From positions 494,499-526,498 of the forward strand of contig JAWAHN010000001.1 of NCBI GenBank assembly GCA_038889235.1: a DNA stretch of 32,000 bases. The letters run 5' to 3'. Shown piece by piece: positions 1 to 8,577 of the stretch. Position 1 is the stretch's first letter; every line of letters begins with the position of its first letter. Both the position numbers and the translations under genes were made by a program. Source of the DNA: Candidatus Jordarchaeales archaeon (GTDB taxonomy: Archaea; Asgardarchaeota; Jordiarchaeia; Jordiarchaeales; Freyrarchaeaceae). Below the pieces are notes generated by a model. That model did no database searches. It was not told the origin of the DNA and was given only the letters and a program-made list of their open reading frames with translations.

Positions 1-621
1 CGGCTTGACTTGGATGAAGTAGTCAGCTAGCTTAGCGGTATCCGTCTTTCGTACATCAACAACTATTAGAGTTCTTTCTTTTCTTCCTTTCTCCCTGAAG
101 AACCCTCTAGTGAACGCGGTATAGCGCGACATGTGACGTGGGTGAGCGTGAATAGGGTTAGACCCCCAGTAGACCACGACATCCGCTCTGTTTTTGACTT
201 CCCCTAAAGTGCAAGTTGGGCAACCGACCTCTTGAACTGCAAGAACAGAGGGACCATGGCACACAGTCGTGGTACTGTCTATTACTCCACCTACTTCTTC
301 AGCCAATTCAAGGCCTACCCTTTGAGCGTCACAATCAGTGTTGCTCCAGCCATAGAGGAGGGGGTGCTCAGCGTTAACTAAAATTTTAGCGGTTTCTTTA
401 ACAGCCTTTTCTAAGGTGGTTTCCGTGAAAACTCCGTTTTTCTTTATGAGTGGTGTTCTTATACGGTGTTCACTCTGAGCATTGAGGAACTTGCTAGCAC
501 CAACGGAGCAGACATTTTCAACTTCTATGATTCTTCCAACAGAATCTAATATTACCTTGACGTCATCGCAAAGTGAGCCGCATACAGGGCAAACAACGTC
601 TGTGACTATTTCTCGAGACAT
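1..621 (-). CDS. fwdB: Formylmethanofuran dehydrogenase subunit B (5' part; runs off the window start)
   Basis: Not in the ORF track; translated by hand from the ATG at 621 (GGAGG SD upstream): MSREIVTDVVCPVCGSLCDD...LLYGWSNTDC...TTVCHGPS...CTLGEVKNRADVVVYWGSNPIHAHPRHMSRY. Shows the N-terminal CxxCxxxCDD cluster motif and the CHGP Mo/W-ligand motif; open to position 1; follows fwdD. Confidence 0.95.
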   Translation of the reverse strand, partial: MSREIVTDVVCPVCGSLCDDVKVILDSVGRIIEVENVCSVGASKFLNAQSEHRIRTPLIKKNGVFTETTLEKAVKETAKILVNAEHPLLYGWSNTDCDAQRVGLELAEEVGGVIDSTTTVCHGPSVLAVQEVGCPTCTLGEVKNRADVVVYWGSNPIHAHPRHMSRYTAFTRGFFREKGRKERTLIVVDVRKTDTAKLADYFIQVKP

Positions 622-683
622 CGTTAAACCTCCAAGTAAGGGCCATCATTCATAGGATTTCAAACGTAATATAATAGTTTTGG

Positions 684-1082
684 TTACGATTGAAGATTGC
701 TTATTAGCGTCCTTATGTTGGGAACCGTTGACTCAAAAACGGGTTCAACAACCACTCGTGTCGCTTTAAACGAAGGCATACCCGTTGAATTTGTTTCGGG
801 ATTAACTATCTTGTTCCCCCAGGGTCCCAGTGGAACCACAAGTATTCCCTTGTGAGGTTCATCTCTAGACCTTTCCGCCCTGAGAACCACTTCACCGTAA
901 GGAGATTTCACGAGAACGTAGTCCCCCGGAAGGATGTCTAGTTCTTTCATGTCTTCGTAGTCCATGTAGCACACGCCGCAGGCTCTCTGGTAGCTGTACC
1001 CCATTTTCTCCCCTTCCCTAGCGGCGCCCTGTTCAACGGTTCTACACGTCACGAGAATCATTTCAAGAGACTTCTTAACCAT
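684..1082 (-). CDS. fwdD: Formylmethanofuran dehydrogenase subunit D (molybdopterin dinucleotide-binding)
   Basis: RTVEQG, VLVKSPYGEVVL, PLGPWGNKIV and TNSTGMPSFKA motifs typical of FwdD/FmdD; directly upstream of fwdB. Confidence 0.93.
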   Translation of the reverse strand: MVKKSLEMILVTCRTVEQGAAREGEKMGYSYQRACGVCYMDYEDMKELDILPGDYVLVKSPYGEVVLRAERSRDEPHKGILVVPLGPWGNKIVNPETNSTGMPSFKATRVVVEPVFESTVPNIRTLISNLQS

Positions 1083-1233
1083 AACATACCCTCCAGAAGG
1101 GTGGAAATGTGCTCGCTACAGGTCACCTACCAGCCGAGCGTTTTTAAGTACTCCAACCTTCACAAGCCGATAATCCAACTATTTCACGCTTAAAAAAGTT
1201 TTTCGCACATAGGTAAAAAGAGGCGTGGAAAAA

Positions 1234-1479
1234 TCAAAGTATTTTCATGGCGCCCGAGGGGCAGGCGTTTTCACACGCTCTACAGCTCGGAAGCAGTTCT
1301 ATACAAGCATTACTCACAACAGTACATACGCCGTTCACAAGCCGTAAGATTGGGGCATATTTCATCCAAATTAATGGGGTGCGCCTGTTTTCGGGGTTAA
1401 ATGGGCAGACTTCAATGCAGTTTCCACAACCCCAGCAGATTGTAGGGTCGACGGTTATTACCTTTTTCTCGCTTGTCAT
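1234..1479 (-). CDS. 2[4Fe-4S] ferredoxin, FwdG-like
   Basis: CWGCGNCIEVCP and CIELLPSCRACENACP cluster motifs; co-oriented with fwdDB. Confidence 0.85.
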   Translation of the reverse strand: MTSEKKVITVDPTICWGCGNCIEVCPFNPENRRTPLIWMKYAPILRLVNGVCTVVSNACIELLPSCRACENACPSGAMKIL

Positions 1480-1685
1480 GAATTATTCCCCGTGTGGAAC
1501 AGTGATGGGCTCAGCATTTTAAACTTATAGGGGGTCCAGCCCTAGACACTTGCACCGTATCACATGTAAAAGATTGAGGGCTACGCTTTTCCATCCTTTT
1601 ATAGAAACACAATTTTTTTAAGGACTGAAACATTGTAATAACCCGACACAGTTGACGATGTTCCCATCGTTAAGGAGGAGTTCTG

Positions 1686-1940
1686 ATGGAGTCTTATAAG
1701 CTCGCGAACATATACAAGCTGCACATAAACACAGCGCTTTGCGTCGGTTGCAATGATTGCGTCATAGCTTGTCCACATAATGCCAGTCTGCCTCCTGAAA
1801 TGAGGGGGGACGAGAAGAATTATACTATAATAGTCAAGAATGGGAAGGCTGTTGTGTCGAACCAGAGTTACTGTGACGGATGTGGAATATGTATCGAAGC
1901 TTGTGGGCCACGTGCGATAAGCTTGAGAGTTGTCAGGTGA
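1686..1940 (+). CDS. fwdG: 2[4Fe-4S] ferredoxin, formylmethanofuran dehydrogenase subunit G-like
   Basis: CVGCNDCVIACP and CDGCGICIEACG motifs with the FwdG-type spacer (TIIVKNGKAVVSN); GGAGG SD; precedes fwdF. Confidence 0.8.
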   Translation: MESYKLANIYKLHINTALCVGCNDCVIACPHNASLPPEMRGDEKNYTIIVKNGKAVVSNQSYCDGCGICIEACGPRAISLRVVR

Positions 1941-1950
1941 GGTGATTTAA

Positions 1951-2628
1951 GTGTATCCTTACTGTGCATCTGAGATTAAGGAGGACAAAGTGGTCACCCG
2001 AATGAAGACACTCGACATCGACATAACTTTAACTTTAGATTTGAAAAAATGTGTTGGATGCGGAACGTGCGCAGTAGTCTGTCCGAAGGAGGCCATAAGA
2101 AGGGGACCGGTGGGCGCCGTCGAAAAAGGGGAGGCGAAGCTCCCTCCTGTGCTGGTTGACGCGAAAAAGTGCAGCTTTTGCGGTGTTTGCTCGTATATGT
2201 GCCCCTTCGAAGCCTTGGAACTTAGGATAAACGGAGAGCCTAGGTTAATACTGGTCGAGGAGGGGGCGCTTCCACCGCTCAAGTACGACGAGTTCGTCAC
2301 GCTTAAAGGAAACCGCACGGCGAAAAAGTATGCTGAGGGCGAGCTTATTGTTCACTGGGAGCTGTGCCCTGCTGGGTGCTCAACTTGCGCTGACATTTGT
2401 CCAAATGAGGCAATAAAGATACCGAAGCCTGAGAAGCCTTGGGAAAAGGGGCCTAGAGTTCAGGTGGAACAGGAAAAGTGCCTACTCTGCGGTGCATGTG
2501 TCTACGCTTGCCCAGCTCCTGGAGCTCTTGAGCTCAAGAGAACTAAGATAAAGTACGATGAAAAAGCCGAGTATACTTCTCTCTGGAACAGGATAGTTGA
2601 GAAGCTTACCACTAAAATAGTGTCTTAG
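1951..2628 (+). CDS. fwdF: Polyferredoxin, FwdF-like (four [4Fe-4S] motifs, short form)
   Basis: CVGCGTCAVVCP, CSFCGVCSYMCP, CPAGCSTCADICP and CLLCGACVYACP; EGELIV and PKPEKP segments resemble FwdF; GTG start after GAGGTGA. Confidence 0.8.
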   Translation: MYPYCASEIKEDKVVTRMKTLDIDITLTLDLKKCVGCGTCAVVCPKEAIRRGPVGAVEKGEAKLPPVLVDAKKCSFCGVCSYMCPFEALELRINGEPRLILVEEGALPPLKYDEFVTLKGNRTAKKYAEGELIVHWELCPAGCSTCADICPNEAIKIPKPEKPWEKGPRVQVEQEKCLLCGACVYACPAPGALELKRTKIKYDEKAEYTSLWNRIVEKLTTKIVS

Positions 2629-3203
2629 GGCCGCTGTGCGGCTATTCCTTCGCCTTGTATTTTGAATACTTCTTCTTTTTTCTTTAGCTCTCCCCTTTCT
2701 AACAGAAAGAAGACTACTTTTATCTCGCTTTCAGATAGGGTTAGCGTCATCACGGATGGAAGACCCCAGTCCGATGAGCCACCCCAAGCTCCCGTCGCGC
2801 TTCCCGGATTGAGGAGGAGTGTGTTTTTAGCTAGCTTTACGTCAGGGTGGTGTGTATGGCCTGAAATGAGTATTTTTGTTCCCAGGGTCTCAGCAACTTT
2901 TAGCAGCTGCATCGTGTCCCCCCTCGGCCAGATACCCGTTCCATGTACGAGGCCTATTTTGACTGGCGGCAGGTGTAATACTTCCTTTTCGGGGAGGGGG
3001 AGGTAATCCATGTTTCCTCTTACGACCTTTAATGGTGCTATCTTTTTCATCCACGACAGTACTTCCTGGGAGGTGAGATCTCCTGTTGAGAGAACTAAGT
3101 CAAATGATTCACTTTCTATGAACGATTTGAGCTTGCGCGGGATTTCTGTCACCCTATCGGGTATGTGCGTGTCTCCCAGTACCAAGACTATTTTGTCACT
3201 CAT
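2625..3203 (-). CDS. Metallophosphoesterase, YfcE/MJ0936/Vps29 family
   Basis: GDTH, TGD, GNMD, LVHG, SGHTH and NPGSATG calcineurin-like motifs. Confidence 0.92.
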   Translation of the reverse strand: MSDKIVLVLGDTHIPDRVTEIPRKLKSFIESESFDLVLSTGDLTSQEVLSWMKKIAPLKVVRGNMDYLPLPEKEVLHLPPVKIGLVHGTGIWPRGDTMQLLKVAETLGTKILISGHTHHPDVKLAKNTLLLNPGSATGAWGGSSDWGLPSVMTLTLSESEIKVVFFLLERGELKKKEEVFKIQGEGIAAQRP

Positions 3204-3287
3204 GCTCTCCCAATTTCTGAGTAAGCTTTTATCCCCTTTTATGCTTTCTACATCTTGGGTTCCTGATTCGCGTCTTTCTTCGGGGGA

Positions 3288-5462
3288 GTGTCAGACATGG
3301 AGAAATTGAGACTCGACGACATAGAGGGCGTGGGCGAGAAGATTAAGGGTAGGCTCATAGAGTTTTTCGGCTCTGAGGACGAGGCTGTCAAAGCTATTTT
3401 GGAGGGGAGGGTCGTAGAGATATCAAGCATACCAGGAGTCGGGCTGGGTAAAGCTTACAACATAGTTAGGAGTGCCTGGGAGCTGGTTGATGGAGTGAAG
3501 TGGGACAGTGTTCTTAGGACTGACGGAGCTAAGAAGATTTATGAGGACATGTTGAAGATAATTCAGAGCTACGCGTTGACAGAGTATGCTAAACAGAAGT
3601 TACGCCTTTTCTGGCCGTACCCTGCTTCGAAGATCGGTAAGGTTATGGAAAGACTTGACGTCTTCTCGGAGGCGAAAAGTGTCGTTGAGTCGGCGAGTCC
3701 TGACGTCTTAGAGAAAATTCGTAATGCACTACGCAAAATCAAATATTTCAGCAAGGCGGCGGTGAAGAAGATTAAGGGAAGGATCATTGTTACAAGGAGC
3801 GAGGCAGAATATGCTAAGTTAAGGGAGGCGGGCATCAACGACTACTGCAATGTCTTACTCCTTGGGGAGGGGGACAGCGTTAGGGATTATGCTGAAGGCT
3901 ACGATTTAGTGATCTTCATCGGAGAGGCTTGGGAGGAGGACTATGTCGGGAACATGGTGGTAGTTTCTAAAGGGTGGAGTATCGAGGACTTAGTACCGGA
4001 GGCGATTATCTCCTTTTACGCTGAGAACTACGAAACGGTCGAGGCTGTATGCGACTTCGCTGAAACAATTTTCAGTCTCCCCGAAGCAAGGCATTTGGAT
4101 GCTCTTAGAAAGGAGCTGGACAAAGAAGCTTTGAAAAGAGTTAAAGAGATTATGAGGAACATCACAGGGGACGGGGAAGTTGCTTGGGGCGTTGATTCTG
4201 AGTTGGATAAATACAGAGGAGCATTGAGGAAACTTAACGGGGCGGTTGCCGAGGTTGAGGCTTGGGTTAACGAGACTATAAGGAGGAGGCTTGAGGAGAG
4301 CGAGGCGAAATTAAGGGGGGAACAAATAGTAAAGATATTGGAGGAGGCGGGGACCTCGGCGCTGGAGGCCAGTAGGCTTAGAAGACTCCTTCCCCCAGAA
4401 GTTGACGAAGTTATAACTCTTACCATAAGTGAAGGTGAGAAAAAATTCTGTGAAATCCTGGGGATATCGGAGAAGGAAATTTTGTGGCTCGACGGAATCT
4501 TTCCAGAAGAACCCATGCTGCCCGTTTCCATGATCCCAAAGAAACTCATAGAGTTCGAAAGCTGGCTTAGCAGGCAGTGCGCCGTCAGAAAGCACAAAGT
4601 CCTGCGTGAGATGGCACGTGAACTTTCAAAGCACATGGACGCGGTTAAGAGGGGGCTGCGGGTGGCCCTGGAATTGGACCTTTATCTTTCGGTGGGATTG
4701 TTCGCGAGGGATTACGGCTTGAACCCTCCAAAGGTTGTTAGCGGCGTCGGCGTGTTTTTCAGAGGCGGGGTTAACATCTTTTTAAAGAGGAAGGAGCTGG
4801 AAGGTGAAGGGACTGTTGTCCCGGTAAACTACGTGGTTGGGGATGTCGGAGTGAGGATTGACGGGGTTGGAGGGGAAAGAGTCATACTTCTTTCAGGAGC
4901 AAATTCTGGAGGGAAAACAACCCTCCTACAGCTCATAGCACAGGTTTGCATCCTAGCTCAGATGGGGTTCCCTGTTCCGGCGGTTGAAGCTGTCATAGGC
5001 CCATTTGAGGAAATATACTTCTTTGAAAAGTCGCAAGGGATGGTTTCTGCAGGCGCACTGGAAACAACACTTAAAAGGTTTGCAGCCATAGCCTCGACGG
5101 ACACCTCGAAACTCGCACTATTCGACGAACTTGAAGCTATGACTGAAACAGGAGCTGCAGCTGCGATAATCGCCAGTCTTTTAGATCTACTGGGGAGACA
5201 GGATAAAACTTGCGTTGTGGTTGTCAGCCACCTCGCTAAAGAAATAATGTCTTTGACGAGGAGTCGAATTCGTGTAGATGGAATAGAGGCGACAGGATTG
5301 AATGAGAAGTACGAGCTGATAGTAGATAGGAATCCTAAGTTCAACTACTTGGCCAGATCAACGCCCGAACTTATCCTGAGAAGGTTGTACGCGCTATCTG
5401 CAGGAAAGGAGAAGGATGTTTTTAGTGAGATGCTTGAAAGACTGGAGTTACTGCGTGGGTGA
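3288..5462 (+). CDS. MutS-family ATPase, archaeal MutS5 type (N-terminal helix-hairpin-helix, C-terminal MutS V domain)
   Basis: IEGVGEK and IPGVGLGKA HhH motifs; Walker A SGANSGGKTTLL; LALFDELEAMTE; VVVSHL. Start may be the ATG at 3297. Confidence 0.88.
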   Translation: MSDMEKLRLDDIEGVGEKIKGRLIEFFGSEDEAVKAILEGRVVEISSIPGVGLGKAYNIVRSAWELVDGVKWDSVLRTDGAKKIYEDMLKIIQSYALTEYAKQKLRLFWPYPASKIGKVMERLDVFSEAKSVVESASPDVLEKIRNALRKIKYFSKAAVKKIKGRIIVTRSEAEYAKLREAGINDYCNVLLLGEGDSVRDYAEGYDLVIFIGEAWEEDYVGNMVVVSKGWSIEDLVPEAIISFYAENYETVEAVCDFAETIFSLPEARHLDALRKELDKEALKRVKEIMRNITGDGEVAWGVDSELDKYRGALRKLNGAVAEVEAWVNETIRRRLEESEAKLRGEQIVKILEEAGTSALEASRLRRLLPPEVDEVITLTISEGEKKFCEILGISEKEILWLDGIFPEEPMLPVSMIPKKLIEFESWLSRQCAVRKHKVLREMARELSKHMDAVKRGLRVALELDLYLSVGLFARDYGLNPPKVVSGVGVFFRGGVNIFLKRKELEGEGTVVPVNYVVGDVGVRIDGVGGERVILLSGANSGGKTTLLQLIAQVCILAQMGFPVPAVEAVIGPFEEIYFFEKSQGMVSAGALETTLKRFAAIASTDTSKLALFDELEAMTETGAAAAIIASLLDLLGRQDKTCVVVVSHLAKEIMSLTRSRIRVDGIEATGLNEKYELIVDRNPKFNYLARSTPELILRRLYALSAGKEKDVFSEMLERLELLRG

Positions 5463-6254
5463 CAAGACTATTTCTATCACGTCACCTTTTTTCAGGCCAA
5501 ATATCTTGGCTGCATTATCCTGGTTTACTGCAAGCTCTAGAAGACCGTAACTGTTTGTAACAAACACGAAAGAGCCCACGGGAACATATCCATAAGACTT
5601 TTCGAGGGGAGCCTCGATTGTTTCACCTTTCACGATTGCTTTCAGCTTCGAGCCATACGTGACTTTAAGCTTGTAAAGAACTTCCGATGAAACGTTCGTT
5701 ATTACGTTTCCGAAACGGTCTATGTGGAGAATAGTGGAGACTATTTTCGACCCCTGAAGTTGAGGTTTCGGGAGACTTATTTTTACGTAGTCGCTTACTG
5801 GTGGTCCAACGGAGCTTGGCGGTCTACCGTTTGCTATATGCGCTGCGACCGGTGCGAAGACTGTAAGTCCATGGAAGGTTTCGAAGGGCTCATTAAGGGT
5901 GAGGGTTTTATCCCGGATCTCGTAAACTCCAATCAGTCCTTCTGCTTCCATCAGAAGGCTGAATAAACCGTTATCTGGCCCGACAGCTACATGTCTCTTC
6001 GTTTGGACGACTATGCCTCTCCTTTCTGTCCCAACACCGGGATCGACCACTCCGACAAAGATTGTTCCGTTTGGGAAGAACCTTGCAGACGAAGAGAGGA
6101 GGAGGGCGCCGTGGATGATGTCGAAACTATCGACTTCATGCGAAATATCTACGATTGTCGCGTCTGGACATATCGACAAAATAACTCCTTTCATTGAGGC
6201 TACGAATGAGTCTCTAAGGCCAAAGTCGGTCATTAACGCTATTATTTTTCTCAC
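5448..6254 (-). CDS. SAM hydrolase / SAM-dependent halogenase family protein (DUF62)
   Basis: MTDFGLRD, DISH, VVDPGVGTERR, GPDNG, TFHG, HIDRFGN and ELAVN motifs; GTG start with GGAGG SD. Confidence 0.93.
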   Translation of the reverse strand: MRKIIALMTDFGLRDSFVASMKGVILSICPDATIVDISHEVDSFDIIHGALLLSSSARFFPNGTIFVGVVDPGVGTERRGIVVQTKRHVAVGPDNGLFSLLMEAEGLIGVYEIRDKTLTLNEPFETFHGLTVFAPVAAHIANGRPPSSVGPPVSDYVKISLPKPQLQGSKIVSTILHIDRFGNVITNVSSEVLYKLKVTYGSKLKAIVKGETIEAPLEKSYGYVPVGSFVFVTNSYGLLELAVNQDNAAKIFGLKKGDVIEIVLSPTQ

Positions 6255-6310
6255 TGCGGAAACCCTCCATCTCGTGAAAAGTAGAGGGGGGAAACGTTTA
6301 AGGTTAACTG

Positions 6311-6874
6311 GTGGAAGTGAAATTTGAGTTCGCGGAGGAAGCGAGAGTGTACAGGACTAGGGGTTTGTTCATAGGGCGCTTTCAGCCATTCCACCTAGGA
6401 CACTTGCACGCAGTTAAGACCTTGCTGAGCGAGGTGGAGGAGCTTATCATAGGGGTTGGCAGCGCTCAGTATAGCCACACGCTTAAAGACCCGTTTAGCG
6501 CTGGAGAACGGATACTCATGATAAGGCTTTCACTGGAGGAGGAGGGAATCCCAGCGTCGCGCTACCTAATTATTCCCATACCTGATGTGAACGACAACCG
6601 CCTCTGGGTGGCCCACGTAGTCTCACTTGTTCCTCCCTTTAGGGTGGTTTACTCAAACAACAGTTTGGTAAGAGTGCTCTTCGAGGAGGCTGGGTACGAA
6701 GTTAAACCTGTTCCATTCTATCAAAGAGACAAGTACTGCGCGACGAAAATCAGGGAAAAAATGGTTAAAGGGGAAGAGTGGGAGGATCTTGTTCCACCTG
6801 CAGTCGCGAGGGTTATAAGGGAGATTAAGGGAGTTGAGCGGATAAGACTGGTGTTTGAGGGGGAGCGTCACTAA
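6311..6874 (+). CDS. nadM: Nicotinamide-nucleotide adenylyltransferase (archaeal NMNAT)
   Basis: GRFQPFHLGH, GSAQYSH, PFSAGERI and ATKIR motifs. Confidence 0.95.
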   Translation: MEVKFEFAEEARVYRTRGLFIGRFQPFHLGHLHAVKTLLSEVEELIIGVGSAQYSHTLKDPFSAGERILMIRLSLEEEGIPASRYLIIPIPDVNDNRLWVAHVVSLVPPFRVVYSNNSLVRVLFEEAGYEVKPVPFYQRDKYCATKIREKMVKGEEWEDLVPPAVARVIREIKGVERIRLVFEGERH

Positions 6875-6887
6875 AGGGGGTAGATAA

Positions 6888-7394
6888 GTGGTTTCAGCTT
6901 CTGTCGTAGAGTGGAGGGGGGCTTTCGTCTCCGTTGCTAGAGGGGAACGAGGGCTACTTGCCGCGACACTTCCATGTAGGAGTGCCGATGAGGCTAAAAG
7001 AAAAATTATGGAGATTGTTCCGAGCGTGGAGACTTGGGACGACGATATGTGCAGAGAGGTTGCTGAGAAGATTTTCAGAGCACTCGAGGGGGAATGCTTA
7101 GACTTTAACTATGAAGTTGACCTTTCGAATCTCACCCCTTTCCAGAGGAAGGTTCTTGAAGAGGTCAGAAGAATACCTCCCGGCGAAACGATAACTTATG
7201 GTGAGCTGGCTAGGAGGATTGGTAATCCTAGGGCTGCGAGGGCTGTTGGGAGAGCTTTAAAGAGGAACCCGCTCCCCATAGTTATACCGTGCCACAGGGT
7301 AGTGGGGGCATGTGGGATCGGAGGCTACACGGGCGGATTAGAAATTAAAGTCAAGTTGCTTATAAACGAGAAAGCCCGGGTGTGTAGAACATGA
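6888..7394 (+). CDS. ogt: Methylated-DNA-[protein]-cysteine S-methyltransferase
   Basis: TPFQRKV, TYGELA, RAVGRAL and NPLPIVIPCHRVV active-site motif. Confidence 0.95.
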   Translation: MVSASVVEWRGAFVSVARGERGLLAATLPCRSADEAKRKIMEIVPSVETWDDDMCREVAEKIFRALEGECLDFNYEVDLSNLTPFQRKVLEEVRRIPPGETITYGELARRIGNPRAARAVGRALKRNPLPIVIPCHRVVGACGIGGYTGGLEIKVKLLINEKARVCRT

Positions 7395-8458
7395 ACAGGA
7401 TAAGGATTGATGGTAGCTTGGGTGAAGGTGGTGGACAGGTTCTCCGAACCAGCGTCGCCCTCTCAGCTTTATCAGGTAAAACGATTGAGGTATTCAACAT
7501 AAGGGCTAAGAGGCCCAACCCAGGACTTCGAGCTCAGCACATGACCGGAATAAAAGCTGTCGCGGAGATAGCTGGAGCTAAGGTAACTGGCTTGAGCGTT
7601 GGATCAACCACCATAGTGTTTGAGCCAGCTGGGCTAAAGGGAGGAAAGTACAGGTTTGACGTTGGAACTGCTGGATCTGTGACTCTTGTTCTTCAGTCAA
7701 TAATGCCGGCAGCGTTATTCGCCCCCGAAAATATGGAACTGGAGATAAGGGGTGGAACGGACGTCGCATGGAGTCCACCGGTAGACTACTTCATAAACGT
7801 TGTAGTACCCAATCTGAGGCTCATGGGATATGTAGCCGAGATAAAGCTGGAAAGGAGAGGGCATTACCCTAAAGGAGGAGGGCTAGTTAGGGCGGTCATA
7901 ACGCCGGTTAAGAAGCTTAAGGCGATAAGGCTCATGGAAAGAGGAGAGGTAAAATTAATAGAGGGGGTATCTCACGCGGTGAACCTGCCAGCCCATGTAG
8001 CTGAAAGACAGGCCAGAAGTGCGGAAGCAGTACTTAAAAGGGCCGGCTACGATGTTGACATTAAAATCGATGTCCCCCGCGAAGGAGCCCACCTAGGCCC
8101 TGGTTCGGGGATAGTCTTATGGGCTAAAACTAAGGTGGGAAGTGTGATAGGTGCAGATAGTCTTGGGGAGAAGGGGAAGCCTGCGGAGAAGGTGGGCGAG
8201 GAAGCAGCCCAAAAAATACTTGAGGAGCTTGAAAGCGGCGCTCCACTAGACAGGCACATGGGAGATATGATTATACCCTTTATCGCCATAGCTGACGGCA
8301 CCTCGGAGGTTAGAATTTCGAAGATCACTATGCACCTTCTAACGAACATTATGGTAACTGAGAAAATTCTAGGAGTCAAATTCCAAGTTGAAGGAAGGGA
8401 AGGAGAAGTCGGGGTGGTGAAGGTTAACGGTTTAGGGTTGGAGAACCCGCACATATAA
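7391..8458 (+). CDS. rtcA: RNA 3'-terminal phosphate cyclase
   Basis: IDGSLGEGGGQVLR, NPGLRAQH, GGTDVAWSPP, RGHYPKGGG and LDRHMGD motifs; ATGA overlap with ogt. Confidence 0.96.
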   Translation: MNRIRIDGSLGEGGGQVLRTSVALSALSGKTIEVFNIRAKRPNPGLRAQHMTGIKAVAEIAGAKVTGLSVGSTTIVFEPAGLKGGKYRFDVGTAGSVTLVLQSIMPAALFAPENMELEIRGGTDVAWSPPVDYFINVVVPNLRLMGYVAEIKLERRGHYPKGGGLVRAVITPVKKLKAIRLMERGEVKLIEGVSHAVNLPAHVAERQARSAEAVLKRAGYDVDIKIDVPREGAHLGPGSGIVLWAKTKVGSVIGADSLGEKGKPAEKVGEEAAQKILEELESGAPLDRHMGDMIIPFIAIADGTSEVRISKITMHLLTNIMVTEKILGVKFQVEGREGEVGVVKVNGLGLENPHI

Positions 8459-8577
8459 CAAGAATTTTTTCTTTTCAAGACTGGAGTGAGTAAGTTTGTA
8501 TGCTTGACATTGCATTAACGTTGCCGGTGTTGCCCGGCTTCTCGGCTTGTAATTAGGGGGCGTATTTTTCTGCTTCG

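Noticed and set aside
250-270. Possible selenocysteine at the FwdB metal-ligand position
   Set aside because: The codon in TVCHGPS is TGC (Cys); there is no in-frame TGA in the visible part of fwdB.
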